Source of the DNA: Candidatus Marinacidobacterium sp.
GTDB lineage: Bacteria; Acidobacteriota; Vicinamibacteria; Marinacidobacterales; Marinacidobacteraceae
DNA length: 64,000 nucleotides
Direction: 5' to 3'
Assembly (NCBI GenBank): GCA_965220965.1
Contig: OZ244852.1
Location: 1,600,001 to 1,664,000, forward strand
Part shown: piece after piece, positions 11,733 to 21,324 of the stretch
How positions within the stretch are numbered: the stretch's first letter is position 1
How the letters are laid out: each line of letters opens with the position of its first letter
The notes under the pieces: model-generated
Databases searched by the model: none
Seen by the model: the letters and a program-made list of their open reading frames with translations, nothing else
What the model was told of the DNA's origin: nothing
Program-made: the position numbers and the translations under genes

Positions 11733-14349
11733 CGGGCGCCCGCCGGGCGGAGATCAGATTGCCCAGCAGCCGGAAGGCTCCAGGGACGGCTTCCGGCGCC
11801 TGCCGGTGAAGCGCGAAGGCGAAATAGGTGTACCGCCCGTCGCCGACCTCGGCGGTGAGGACCGCTCCGCGCTGGGGGGCCTGCCCCTGATCCGCGGTCT
11901 CGAAGAGCGCGGTGTAGGCCGGGTCCCAGTCGGTCCAGAACTTGGATCCCCGCTGCTCCACCCAGCCCTCGAAATCCGCGGCCCCGATGCGGTGGGGCCA
12001 GGCGAGGAGCGGGTGGTCGGGGGCGAGGAACCGGACAGGAGCGTCCTCTTCCGAGACCTCCTCGGCGCTTTGCGGGAGCGTCCCCGGATACGGGGCGTGC
12101 TCGTCGGGGATCAGCTCGCTCGTGTTGTAGAGCGCGACGAGGTGGCCACCGCTCTCGGCGTATTCGAGAAGACGGCGGCTGGCCCGCGCCAGGTCCGGCC
12201 GGACGGCGTAGGCGCGGGTTCCGGTCACGATCGCATCGAAGCCGGCGAGGTCGCCGCCGGTGAGGGCCGCCTGGTCGAGGAGCGTGACCTCGGCGCCGAG
12301 CGCCCGGATCGCGGCCGGGACCTCGTCCCCGGCGCCGACGACATAGCCGACGCGGAGCCCCGGAGGGACCGCCAGCTCGACGGCGGCGGCCTTCAGCTCC
12401 GCCGGCCGCACGAGGTAGCGGAGCGGCAGGTCCCGATGCGCGATTCGGCGATACCCGCTGGCCGGCGCGGCCTCCCCTTCCCCTTCCGCCACGGTGGCGG
12501 CGAGGCGGAACCCTCCCGCCGGGATGGCTCCGGGGCGGACGGTGAACCGCACGGTCGTCTGCTCTCCGGGGCGTTCGAACCGGATCCGGGCCTCCGGCGG
12601 CGCCACCACGGCGCCCGGGGGAGATTCGAGCGCCACCCGGAACTCGCCCTCCCGATGTCCCACCGCCCGGAGCGAGACCGCGAAGGACGCGTCCGCCGCG
12701 TCCGCCGGGAACACCGCGAAACCCGGCTCGAAGGCGAGCGAGACCGGCGGAAGGATCTCCAGTTCCCGCCGCTCGTAGCCGTAGGGCAGGCTGGACTCGA
12801 ACCGGGTCACCGGTTCGGTGTGGGAGAGCTCGATCCAGGTTCCGGAGTCCCCGACCGGGACTTCGAGGATCGCGGTCGCGGTCGCCGCCGGGGGCGGCGC
12901 GGCGAGCGTCCAGTCCCCGTCGAACCGGTAGCGGCTGACGCCGAGCCCGGCGCGGGTTCCATGCGGCGCCAGCGCCTGGGCGTCGGCGGCGAGCCGGACC
13001 GCGAAGCGCCGACCCGCCTCGTCCCCCGGAACCTGCGGAAGCGCCTCGACCTCGCCCGGAACCTCGAGAACGACATCCCGCACCCGGACCACCGGAAGCG
13101 CCGAAGCCCGCGCCCGGACCTCGAAGGCGGCGCCCGGAACGGCCGGACCGAAGGACGGAGGCGGAGCGAAGGGAGACGCCGGAGAGCCGTCGCCCGGCGC
13201 CTGCGCCACCGCCTCCAGCCGAACGCCGGCGGCGGCCCGGATCGCCGCCGCGAGCTGCTCCTGCTTGCGCTCCACCTCGTGGCGGACATCGAAGAACCCC
13301 GAGGGCGAGCGCTGGTCGAGAAGCGCGCGGACCTCGGCGAGCGCCTCTCCCAGGCGGGGAACGACGGCCTCCGGCGCCATCCAGTCGAACTCCTCGCGGG
13401 CGACGGCGAAGCGGCGGTCGAGGCGCTCGAGGACCTCGACCAGCCGGGCGGGCGCGACCGGGCCGAAGCGGTTTCCGAGCGACGCGCGTTCGGGCGAGAG
13501 GAGAGCGAGAAGGTCGGAGTCTTCCCCGCCATCGGCCCGGACGAGACGCGCCGGACCGCGGCCCGCGGAGGCCCGCAGGACTCCCCGCGTCTGGGAGCGC
13601 TGGAAGGAGAGGCCGATGGCCCCCAGCTCGGCGAACGTGGCGGACATCCAGGGGCGGGAGCCCTGGACGTCGATCGCGATCGCGCCCGCCTCATCGCGGG
13701 CCCGGTGGAAGAACGCCGCCGGCAGGTATCCCCGGCGGCCCTCGCGCGGCGGGAACCCGGCGAGATCGGGCGTCGCCTCGAAGGCCCGGCGGGTGAGCCG
13801 CCCGGCGAACTGGTGCTGGCCGTGGCCGTCCCTCGGGTCGCCCGAGAAGCGGCCCAGGATGACCATCGGCCGCTCCCGGCGCACGACCTCGACGAGGTCG
13901 GCGAGCGCCTCCTCCTCGTCCCACGCCCGGAGCGCCTCCTCGAGGTTCTTCGAGTACCCGTAGTCGACGAGGGGCGCGAAGTAGACCCGGTCGAGTCCGT
14001 ACCAGCCGGCGGCCGCCTCGAGCTCCGCGGCCCGGATCATCCCGAGGGCGTCGAACAGCTCCGGCCCGATCGCGTTCGCGCCCGCCTCGCCGCGCGTCAG
14101 CGTCACGAGCGTCGTCCGCACGCCGTATCCGCGGCTCAGGAGCGCCAGCAGCGCCCCGTTCTCGTCGTCCGGGTGGGCCACGACCTCGAGCACCGACCCG
14201 GTGGTCTGGAGCTTCTGGATCCAGTGCCAGGTCTCCGCCGCTCTGCCGGGCCGGGGCGAGGAGAGCTGCGCCATCACCTGCGCCGGCGCGAGAGCGACCG
14301 CAGCCAGGGCGACGACAGCCGCCCGGCGCCGGACCGCGCGCAACCGCAT
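11722..14349 (-). CDS. Secreted PIG-L/LmbE family deacetylase with Ig-like and C-terminal class I GATase-like domains
   Basis: Signal peptide; VAHPDDE, LTRGEAG.N.IG, R..E, DYGYSK, HGQHQ; C-terminal VGYVVGAGD and GGHLVALYN. Confidence 0.88.
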   Translation of the reverse strand: MRLRAVRRRAAVVALAAVALAPAQVMAQLSSPRPGRAAETWHWIQKLQTTGSVLEVVAHPDDENGALLALLSRGYGVRTTLVTLTRGEAGANAIGPELFDALGMIRAAELEAAAGWYGLDRVYFAPLVDYGYSKNLEEALRAWDEEEALADLVEVVRRERPMVILGRFSGDPRDGHGQHQFAGRLTRRAFEATPDLAGFPPREGRRGYLPAAFFHRARDEAGAIAIDVQGSRPWMSATFAELGAIGLSFQRSQTRGVLRASAGRGPARLVRADGGEDSDLLALLSPERASLGNRFGPVAPARLVEVLERLDRRFAVAREEFDWMAPEAVVPRLGEALAEVRALLDQRSPSGFFDVRHEVERKQEQLAAAIRAAAGVRLEAVAQAPGDGSPASPFAPPPSFGPAVPGAAFEVRARASALPVVRVRDVVLEVPGEVEALPQVPGDEAGRRFAVRLAADAQALAPHGTRAGLGVSRYRFDGDWTLAAPPPAATATAILEVPVGDSGTWIELSHTEPVTRFESSLPYGYERRELEILPPVSLAFEPGFAVFPADAADASFAVSLRAVGHREGEFRVALESPPGAVVAPPEARIRFERPGEQTTVRFTVRPGAIPAGGFRLAATVAEGEGEAAPASGYRRIAHRDLPLRYLVRPAELKAAAVELAVPPGLRVGYVVGAGDEVPAAIRALGAEVTLLDQAALTGGDLAGFDAIVTGTRAYAVRPDLARASRRLLEYAESGGHLVALYNTSELIPDEHAPYPGTLPQSAEEVSEEDAPVRFLAPDHPLLAWPHRIGAADFEGWVEQRGSKFWTDWDPAYTALFETADQGQAPQRGAVLTAEVGDGRYTYFAFALHRQAPEAVPGAFRLLGNLISARRAPGDR

Positions 14350-14373
14350 GGCGGGAAAGTGTAGAGACCCCCG

Positions 14374-15444
14374 TCAGCGGGCGTCGCGGGAACGCTCCCA
14401 CGCCCGGACGCGGGAACGGGCGGCGTCGAACAGCCGCTCGTAGTTCTCCGTCCGGACCCGGCGGCTGGTTTCCGCACCGAGACGGTCGAGGAGGGGCGCC
14501 CAGACCTCGAAGGCCGCCAGATAGTCCGCCTGCTCGGCGGGGATGACGGCGTCCGAACCCAGCAGGAACCGCTCCGGCCACCGGTCCACCAGCGCCGCCC
14601 ACTGCGCGAGCCGCTCCGGCGGCGCAACCACGTGCTCCGCCACCACGTCCCACGACAGCTCGAGGTGGACGTGCGAGAGCGAAGGATCCCGGAGCAGTCC
14701 CTCGAGGAGCCTCGGGTGGTCCGACACCGGCTCGACGAACCGCCCGATGCCGGCGTGCGCCCACAGCACCGTCGCCCCCGGATGGCGACGCAGGAGATCG
14801 GCGAGCGGGTCCAGGTGGACGGGGGGTTCGCCCGGCCGCGGGAGCATGACGTCCGCGTCGCAGTGGATCATCACGATCATCCCGGTCTCGGCCGCGAAGT
14901 CGAGGATCCGTCCGAGGGCCGGGTTCCTGAGGCTGGCGGTGTGGCCCAGAGTCTTGGGCGACACGACTTCCTTGTGGACCGAGAACTCGCCGATCCCGGT
15001 GAAGACTCCCGGGAAGAGGCGCAGGACGCGGCGGATGTGGTCCACCGCATACATGTCGGTCGGATTGAATCCGGTGATCATCGGATCCAGCCGGTCCCGG
15101 ACCTCCGCCGGCAGCGCGGTGACCGCCATCGCCACCGCGGCGTCCACGAAGGAGTAGTAGTAGAGGGCGGCGTCGGAGCGGAGGTAATAGTCGGGCGCCC
15201 GGTCTCCCGACTCGGCGTAGTCCCACTTCTGCTGGAGCGGGATTCCCATGAGCGCGGCGCGGCCCACGGTGTCCCCGAGCAACTCGGCCAGGAGGGCTCC
15301 GGGGGTTTCCCGCTGGATGTAGTCGGTGAAGTGGAAGTGGGTGTCATGGAACCGCGGGGCGGGCTGGCCTTTCGCGGCCGCCGGCAGCGCGACCAGGAGG
15401 ACGGCGGCGACGCCCGTTCGACGGAGGGAGGGGAAGTGGAACAT
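14374..15444 (-). CDS. Secreted amidohydrolase family protein (TIM-barrel metallohydrolase)
   Basis: Signal peptide from ATG 15444; DTHFH metal motif, GIGEF, IHCD, WAHAG, GSD. The ORF-track extension to 16368 overlaps the PfkB gene and is not credible. Confidence 0.85.
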   Translation of the reverse strand: MFHFPSLRRTGVAAVLLVALPAAAKGQPAPRFHDTHFHFTDYIQRETPGALLAELLGDTVGRAALMGIPLQQKWDYAESGDRAPDYYLRSDAALYYYSFVDAAVAMAVTALPAEVRDRLDPMITGFNPTDMYAVDHIRRVLRLFPGVFTGIGEFSVHKEVVSPKTLGHTASLRNPALGRILDFAAETGMIVMIHCDADVMLPRPGEPPVHLDPLADLLRRHPGATVLWAHAGIGRFVEPVSDHPRLLEGLLRDPSLSHVHLELSWDVVAEHVVAPPERLAQWAALVDRWPERFLLGSDAVIPAEQADYLAAFEVWAPLLDRLGAETSRRVRTENYERLFDAARSRVRAWERSRDAR

Positions 15445-15540
15445 GGAACCGGGGACAGTACGCCCCCCGCGCGCACTCGCCGTCTCCCGTTCCGGAGCTT
15501 CGCCGGGCCCCTGAGCCGCGTTCCGGTAGCCTCCGGCGTC

Positions 15541-16476
15541 ATGGAGGGCCCCGACCGCGCCGCCGGGCCCCGCCTGCTGATCGCGGGGGAGTCCTTCGAG
15601 GACCTGGTGTTCGGGGGCCTTCCGCGGCTGCCGGCGCCGGGGGAGGAGGTCCGGACCGACGCCTTCCGGCGGACGTTCGGCGGCGGCGCGCTCATCACCG
15701 CGGCCTGGGCGCGTCACGAAGGCGCGCAGGTGGAGATGTGGTCGGCGATGCCGCCCCGCGTTCCCCGAACGCTCGACGCCGAAGGGATCGACTGGGTCGA
15801 CCTCCGCCGACCCCGCGAGCCGCACGCCGTCACCGCCTGCCTTTCCTTCGGGGCGGACCGGAGCTTCGCCACCTTCAACGGCCCGCACGAAGAACTCGAA
15901 GAGCGGATCTTCCACCGCGCGGTGCGGGGACACGGACTCGACGCCGCAGCGGTGCTGTTCGCCTTCCGCCCGCAGGTCTGCTCCGCGTGGACGCCGTGGC
16001 CCTTCCTCAGGCCGGAGGACGAGCCGGATCGGCTCCCCGAAGTGTTCTGGGATTTCGGATACGACGAGGGCCTCGCCGAGCGGCGGGGCTTCGATGTCCT
16101 GCTGGGGCGCGCCACCGGCGTGTTCGTGAACGCGGCGGAGGCCGAGCTCTACAACGGGCGGCGCCGTCTGCTGGACCGCGCGGCGGAGGCGGGAACGCTC
16201 GTCATCACGAAGCTGGGCCCGGACGGGGCGATGATCCGCGGCCGGCCGGAGACCCTGGTGGCGGCGCCGATCCCGCTTGTCGGCGTCCGGGACACGACCG
16301 GCGCGGGCGACGCCTTCGCCGCCGGATTCCTCGCCTGCAGGCTCCGCGGAGGCGCGCTCGAGGAACAACTGGCCGCCGGAAACGCCTGCGGCGCGGAATC
16401 GGTCCAGCGGCTCGGCGGGTTGCCGGAGCGGCCCTGGAGGCCTCCCGGAACCCGATCGCGAAAGCGGGCCCGATGA
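15541..16476 (+). CDS. PfkB family carbohydrate kinase
   Basis: N-terminal DLVFGGL..LP..GEE and GGGA; FVNAAEA; ITKLGPDGA; DTTGAGDAFAAGF signature. Confidence 0.9.
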   Translation: MEGPDRAAGPRLLIAGESFEDLVFGGLPRLPAPGEEVRTDAFRRTFGGGALITAAWARHEGAQVEMWSAMPPRVPRTLDAEGIDWVDLRRPREPHAVTACLSFGADRSFATFNGPHEELEERIFHRAVRGHGLDAAAVLFAFRPQVCSAWTPWPFLRPEDEPDRLPEVFWDFGYDEGLAERRGFDVLLGRATGVFVNAAEAELYNGRRRLLDRAAEAGTLVITKLGPDGAMIRGRPETLVAAPIPLVGVRDTTGAGDAFAAGFLACRLRGGALEEQLAAGNACGAESVQRLGGLPERPWRPPGTRSRKRAR

Positions 16477-17801
16477 GGGTCGCCGTTCTCGGCGGGGGCG
16501 GACTCCGCACCCCCCTGCTCGCCGCCGCGTTCGATGGATGGACCGACGTCGAGGAGCTCGCGCTGTTCGACCCGGACCGGGAGCGGCTCTCGCGGATCGC
16601 CGGGCTCGCGCGCGCCGCGGCGCCCCGGCTCGTCGTGACCGAAACGGACGCTCCCGCGGAGGCGGTCGCCGGATGCCGGTTCGTGGTCGCCGCGATCCGC
16701 GCCGGCGGGCAGGAAGCCCGCGCGCACGACGAACGCGCGTGCCTCGAGGCCGGGGTGCTGGGCCAGGAAACGGTGGGGGCGGCGGGGGCGGCTCTCGCGT
16801 TCCGGAACATCCCGGCCATGGTTGAGCTGGCCCGCATCGTCGAACGGAGAGCGCCCGGGGCGACGCTCGTGAACTACACGAACCCGGTCGGGATGGTCAC
16901 CGACGCGCTCGCCCGGGAGACCGGCGCGGATGTCATCGGCATCTGCGACACGCCGTCGGAGCTCACCGGGCGGGCCGCCTCGCTTCTCTATCTGGACCCG
17001 GAGAACGTGGCGCCCGCCTGGTCCGGCGTCAACCACTGCGGCTGGCTCACCGGGCTCTACGACCGGGATGCGGACCCCTCGGATCCGTTCCCGCCGGTGG
17101 ATCACCTGCCGGACCTGTTCCGGGACCCCGAGCGGCTCGGGCGGGCGCACCGGCCCGGGCTCTTCCCGGTGGAGGACCTGCTTCCGGCCACGCCTTCGGA
17201 GTACGTGTCCTTCCACCGCTACCCGGAAAGGGCGGTGGAGCGGCTGCGAGCCGCGGGCCGCACCCGGGGAGAGCAGATCGTGGCGCTCGAGGCCGGGCTC
17301 TTCCGCCGTCTGGACCCGGCCGGCGCGCGACCGGATTCCGCGCTGGCGGCCTACCGGGAGGCGCTCGGGGAGCGCGAGGCGACCTACATGCAGGTCGAAG
17401 GCGGCGGCGAGCCCGATGATCGGAAGCGCTCCGGCCCCTCGGGGTACGACCGGATCGGGCTCCGCGTGATGCGCGCCCGGCTCGGCGCGGCGCCGGGGAC
17501 CATCGTCGTCAACACCGCGAACCGCACCCCCCTCGGGGGTCCGGCGATCCCGGAACTCGCGACCGATGACATCGTCGAAGTCCCGGCGCGGGTCGCTCCG
17601 GAAGGCGTCGCGCCGGTTCCCCAGCCGCCGCTTCCGGCGGCCGATGCGGCCCTCCTGAGAAGGGTGCGGGCGGCGGAACGCGAGATCGTCTCGGCGGCGC
17701 TGGACGGCGATCCGGCCGCCGCCGCCGAGGCCCTTCGGGAGCACCCCGCCGGGGGTCCGGAAGCCGCCGGGATCTTTCCGAGCCTGCGGCTGACGGCATA
17801 G
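16473..17801 (+). CDS. Glycoside hydrolase family 4 (6-phospho-beta-glucosidase-like)
   Basis: MRVAVLGGGGLRTP (NAD-binding), GQETVGAAG, NYTNP, GICD, GVNH, VEVPA. ATGA overlap with the PfkB gene. Confidence 0.9.
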   Translation: MRVAVLGGGGLRTPLLAAAFDGWTDVEELALFDPDRERLSRIAGLARAAAPRLVVTETDAPAEAVAGCRFVVAAIRAGGQEARAHDERACLEAGVLGQETVGAAGAALAFRNIPAMVELARIVERRAPGATLVNYTNPVGMVTDALARETGADVIGICDTPSELTGRAASLLYLDPENVAPAWSGVNHCGWLTGLYDRDADPSDPFPPVDHLPDLFRDPERLGRAHRPGLFPVEDLLPATPSEYVSFHRYPERAVERLRAAGRTRGEQIVALEAGLFRRLDPAGARPDSALAAYREALGEREATYMQVEGGGEPDDRKRSGPSGYDRIGLRVMRARLGAAPGTIVVNTANRTPLGGPAIPELATDDIVEVPARVAPEGVAPVPQPPLPAADAALLRRVRAAEREIVSAALDGDPAAAAEALREHPAGGPEAAGIFPSLRLTA

Positions 17802-17856
17802 GGCCTCAGCGATTTCCTCCCCGGGTCGCTACGATCCGGTTCGGAGTCATGAGCCG

Positions 17857-19308
17857 ATGAAGGAAAACGCCTTTCGGTCGGGCCGGATGCGGGTGGGCGC
17901 CGCGCTCGCTATGACCGTCTGTCTGGCGGCCCCGCTCGCCGCCCAGCCTCCCGAGCCGCCGACGCTCCCGGGAGATCCGTTCTCGAACGACCCGTTCGGG
18001 AACCGCTTCGCCCCGCGGAACGACGCCGATGTGGATGCGCTGGTCCGGACCGCGCTCTTCGGCCGCAGCGGGGCGGCCCGCAACCGGGCGCTGCGATTCC
18101 TCGTCGAGCGCGACGAGCGGGATGTCATCCCCGCGCTCATCGCGGTGCTCCGGGTGCTGCCGGACGAGGACGGCCGCATCCTGGACGCGCTGCAGCGGCT
18201 GGCGCGGGCGAAGATCCCGCGCGACTGGAAGGCCTGGCTGGAGTGGCAGGAGGATCACAGCGAGATCCGTCCCTACCGGGGGTTCGTCAAGTTCAAGGCG
18301 GACATCCTGGCCGGGATCGACCCGAACTTCCGCGACTTCCTCTACCCGGGGGTCCGCCACGAGATCCGGGTCGAGGAAATCGTCTGGGGCGGCGTGGAGA
18401 AGGACGGCATTCCGGCGCTGGTGAACCCGAAGCGGATCCCGGCGGCGGAGGCCGACTACCTCACCGACGCCGAGCTCGTCTTCGGCGTCTCCATCGGCGG
18501 GGATTCCCGCGCCTATCCGCTGCGGATCCTCGACTGGCACGAGATGTTCAACGATGTGGTGGGCGGGATCCCGGTGTCGCTCGCCTACTGCACGCTCTGC
18601 GGGTCGGGGATCCTGTTCGACACCCGGACGCCGGGACGCCGGGAGCCGTTCGTGTTCGGGTCCTCCGGGTTGCTCTACCGGTCGAACAAGCTGATGTACG
18701 ACACCGAGACCGAGTCGCTGTGGAACCAGTTCACCGGACGTCCGGTCGTCGGCGAACTGACCGGCTCCGGAATCGAGCTGAAGATGCTCCCGGTCGTCAT
18801 CTCGAGCTGGGGGGACTGGCGCGCCGCCCATCCGGACACGACGGTGCTCTCGCTGGACACCGGGTTCACCCGCGACTACCGGCCGGGCCAGCCCTACGGG
18901 TCCTATTTCGCGAGCCCCGAGCTGATGTTCCCGGTGGTGGTTCGGGATCGTCGGCTGGCGCCCAAGGACCGGGTGTTCGTGCTGCGCGACGGCGACCACG
19001 AGATGGCCTGGGCGGTCTCGCTCTTCGGGAGCGGAGGGGTCGTCCACGACCAGGTCGGCGAGCTGGATGCGGTGCTGGTGGGGAACGGCGAGACGGAGAC
19101 GGTCCGCGCCTACGACGCCGGCGGCCGCCGCTTCACCTTCGTCCCCGGGGATCCGGCGGTGCTGGACGGCGAAGGCGGGCGCTGGCGCGTCACCGAGGAG
19201 GCGCTTCTCGGACCCGAAGGCGAGCGCCTGCCGCGGCTGACCGGCCACATGGCCTACTGGTTCGCCTGGGCCAGCTACAAGTCCGGGCGCCCCCTGCGCG
19301 CTCAGTAG
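17857..19308 (+). CDS. DUF3179 domain secreted protein
   Basis: Signal peptide; GGV.KDGIPAL..P, RAYPLRIL.WHE, YCTLCGSG, SGLLYRSNKLMYD..TESLW.Q, YWFAW. Confidence 0.88.
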   Translation: MKENAFRSGRMRVGAALAMTVCLAAPLAAQPPEPPTLPGDPFSNDPFGNRFAPRNDADVDALVRTALFGRSGAARNRALRFLVERDERDVIPALIAVLRVLPDEDGRILDALQRLARAKIPRDWKAWLEWQEDHSEIRPYRGFVKFKADILAGIDPNFRDFLYPGVRHEIRVEEIVWGGVEKDGIPALVNPKRIPAAEADYLTDAELVFGVSIGGDSRAYPLRILDWHEMFNDVVGGIPVSLAYCTLCGSGILFDTRTPGRREPFVFGSSGLLYRSNKLMYDTETESLWNQFTGRPVVGELTGSGIELKMLPVVISSWGDWRAAHPDTTVLSLDTGFTRDYRPGQPYGSYFASPELMFPVVVRDRRLAPKDRVFVLRDGDHEMAWAVSLFGSGGVVHDQVGELDAVLVGNGETETVRAYDAGGRRFTFVPGDPAVLDGEGGRWRVTEEALLGPEGERLPRLTGHMAYWFAWASYKSGRPLRAQ

Positions 19309-19318
19309 GGCTTCCGCG

Positions 19319-20440
19319 TTGGGGGATCGCCCGGACGCCGGGGGCGCGATCCGCGCCGCCGAAGTCGTGGTCCCGACCACGCGATTCGATGAGGACCTGA
19401 AGTGCTTCACCGAGGCCGCCGGGTTCCGCCTCGACCGGATCTGGCCGGCGGACGCCCCGGACTTCGCGGCGCTCTCGGGGCACGGCGCAGCGCTGCTGCT
19501 GGCCCGCGCCGCGCGCGCGGCGCCGGTCACCGTCCGGCTCCACACGACGGACGGAAACGGACTGGCGGGCGGGGGGAAGGAACTCGTGACGCCGGGCGGC
19601 CACCGGATCGAAGCGGTGGACGCCGAACCGCCGGTGGTGATCCCCGAACCGGTCCCCGAATTCAGCGTCCATCGACTGACGGACGAGGGCGCCTGGGGCG
19701 TCGGCCGCGCCGGGATGCGCTACCGCGACCTGCTACCGGGACGCCTGGGCGGCGCCATGATCGCGTCCCACATCCGGATCCCGGACGCCGGGCCGGTTCC
19801 GGACATGGTCCACTACCACGAGGTCGCGTTCCAGCTCATCTTCTGCCATCGGGGGTGGGTGCGCGTGGCGTACGAGGACCAGGGGCCGCCCTTCGCGCTG
19901 CGCGCCGGCGACTGCGTGATCCAGCCCCCCCGGATCCGGCACCGCGTTCTCGAGGCGTCCGCGGGAATGGAAGTCGTGGAGATCGGCGTCCCCGCCGAAC
20001 ACCTGACCACGATCGATCACGAGATGGATCTGCCCACCGGGCGCCACCGACCCGAGCGTGACTTCAGCGGGACCCGGTTCCTGCGGCGGCGGGCGTCGGA
20101 GGCGAACTGGACTCGCTGGCGGATCCCCGGCTTCGAGATGCGGGAGACGGGCATCGCGGAAGCGACCGGTGGTCTCGCCGGGGTCCAGGTGGCCCGCCGC
20201 GTTCCGGGGCGGCCTCCGCCGCCGTCAGCGCGTCACGGGGCGGAGATCCTCTTCGGGTTCGTTCGCTCGGGTTCGCTGACGCTGATCGCCGGGAGCCGGG
20301 AACCCGAACCGGTGGAGGCCGGTGGGTCCTTCGTCCTGCCGAAGGATCTGGATGTGGCCTTCAGCGAGCCATCGGACGACCTCGAGATCCTCGAGGTGAC
20401 GCTGCCCGGCGCGTTCCCGACGACGCTCGCGGGTTCCTGA
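19319..20440 (+). CDS. Cupin domain protein with N-terminal VOC-like segment
   Basis: GRAGMRYRDL, VHYHEVAFQLIFC..GW, GDCVIQPPRIRHRV, and a second degenerate cupin. Start codon (TTG) is uncertain. Confidence 0.75.
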   Translation: MGDRPDAGGAIRAAEVVVPTTRFDEDLKCFTEAAGFRLDRIWPADAPDFAALSGHGAALLLARAARAAPVTVRLHTTDGNGLAGGGKELVTPGGHRIEAVDAEPPVVIPEPVPEFSVHRLTDEGAWGVGRAGMRYRDLLPGRLGGAMIASHIRIPDAGPVPDMVHYHEVAFQLIFCHRGWVRVAYEDQGPPFALRAGDCVIQPPRIRHRVLEASAGMEVVEIGVPAEHLTTIDHEMDLPTGRHRPERDFSGTRFLRRRASEANWTRWRIPGFEMRETGIAEATGGLAGVQVARRVPGRPPPPSARHGAEILFGFVRSGSLTLIAGSREPEPVEAGGSFVLPKDLDVAFSEPSDDLEILEVTLPGAFPTTLAGS

Positions 20441-20479
20441 AGGGCCGCGACCCCGCACGCCGGGGACGCCGGAACCCTC

Positions 20480-20842
20480 TCAGAGGAGTCCGAGGCGGAG
20501 CTTCGCGGCGTCGGTCATCCGGTCGGGATTCCAGGGAGGGTCCCAGACCAGATCCACGCGCACCGAGGAGACGCCGTCGACGCGGTGGATCTTCTGCTCG
20601 ACTTCGGGCGGCAGCGTTCCGGCGACCGGACAGGCGGGCGAAGTGAGCGTCATGTCCACCTCGACCTTGCCACCGTCAGCGACATCCACTCGGTACACCA
20701 GCCCGAGTTCGTAGATGTCCACCGGGATCTCGGGGTCGTAGCACGTCTTGAGAACGTCCACGACCTTCGCCTCGAGGGTCGCGTCGCCGCCATCGCCCGC
20801 GGGCTCGGCGCCATTCGCTTCGGTTGGAACCTGCTCACTCAT
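20480..20842 (-). CDS. sufT: SUF system Fe-S assembly protein (DUF59/SufT)
   Basis: YDPEIPVDIYELGLVY, MTLTSPACPVAG, VWDPPW; ATG 20842 preceded by GAGGAG. Confidence 0.93.
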   Translation of the reverse strand: MSEQVPTEANGAEPAGDGGDATLEAKVVDVLKTCYDPEIPVDIYELGLVYRVDVADGGKVEVDMTLTSPACPVAGTLPPEVEQKIHRVDGVSSVRVDLVWDPPWNPDRMTDAAKLRLGLL

Positions 20843-20868
20843 GGTGTTCTCCTCGTTTTCCCTTCCGG

Positions 20869-21324
20869 TCACTCGGTGTGGACGGTCTCCCCGCTCTGCG
20901 CCAAAGCGGCGAGCAGGGCGTGCCACGCCAGCGTGGCGCACTTGACGCGCATCGGGTAGTCGCGGACGCCGGCCAGCGCCGCCAGTTTCCCGAGATCGGC
21001 GTCCTCGGCGTCCAGCTCTCCCGACGCCATCTCCCGGAACCGTTCCGAGAGCGCCACCGCGTCCTGCTCGCTCAACCCCCGCAGCGCCTCGGTCAGCAGC
21101 GAGGCGGACGCGGTGGAGATCGCGCACCCGTCGCCCACGAACGCCGCCTGGCGGATCGTGCCGTCGTTCACTTCGAGGAACAGCTTCAGGCGGTCGCCGC
21201 ACAGCGGATTGAACCCGTCGGCCTGCCGGTTCGCCGCATCGAGCTGACCGAAGTTCCGGGGGCTGCGGCTGTGATCCAGGATGACCTCCCGGTAGAGGTC
21301 GGCGATCCCGCCGGCGAAGCTCAT
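20869..21324 (-). CDS. sufU: SUF system NifU-family protein SufU
   Basis: LYREVILDH...PRN.G, NPLCGD, GCAISTASAS, RVKCATLAWHAL. Confidence 0.93.
   Translation of the reverse strand: MSFAGGIADLYREVILDHSRSPRNFGQLDAANRQADGFNPLCGDRLKLFLEVNDGTIRQAAFVGDGCAISTASASLLTEALRGLSEQDAVALSERFREMASGELDAEDADLGKLAALAGVRDYPMRVKCATLAWHALLAALAQSGETVHTE

Noticed and set aside
10717-14364. 1215-aa plus-strand ORF
   Set aside because: Antisense to the TraB and PIG-L genes, with no recognisable motifs.
17857-19308. Selenocysteine recoding in DUF3179
   Set aside because: The motif is encoded as Cys-x-x-Cys (TGC...TGC) with no in-frame TGA.
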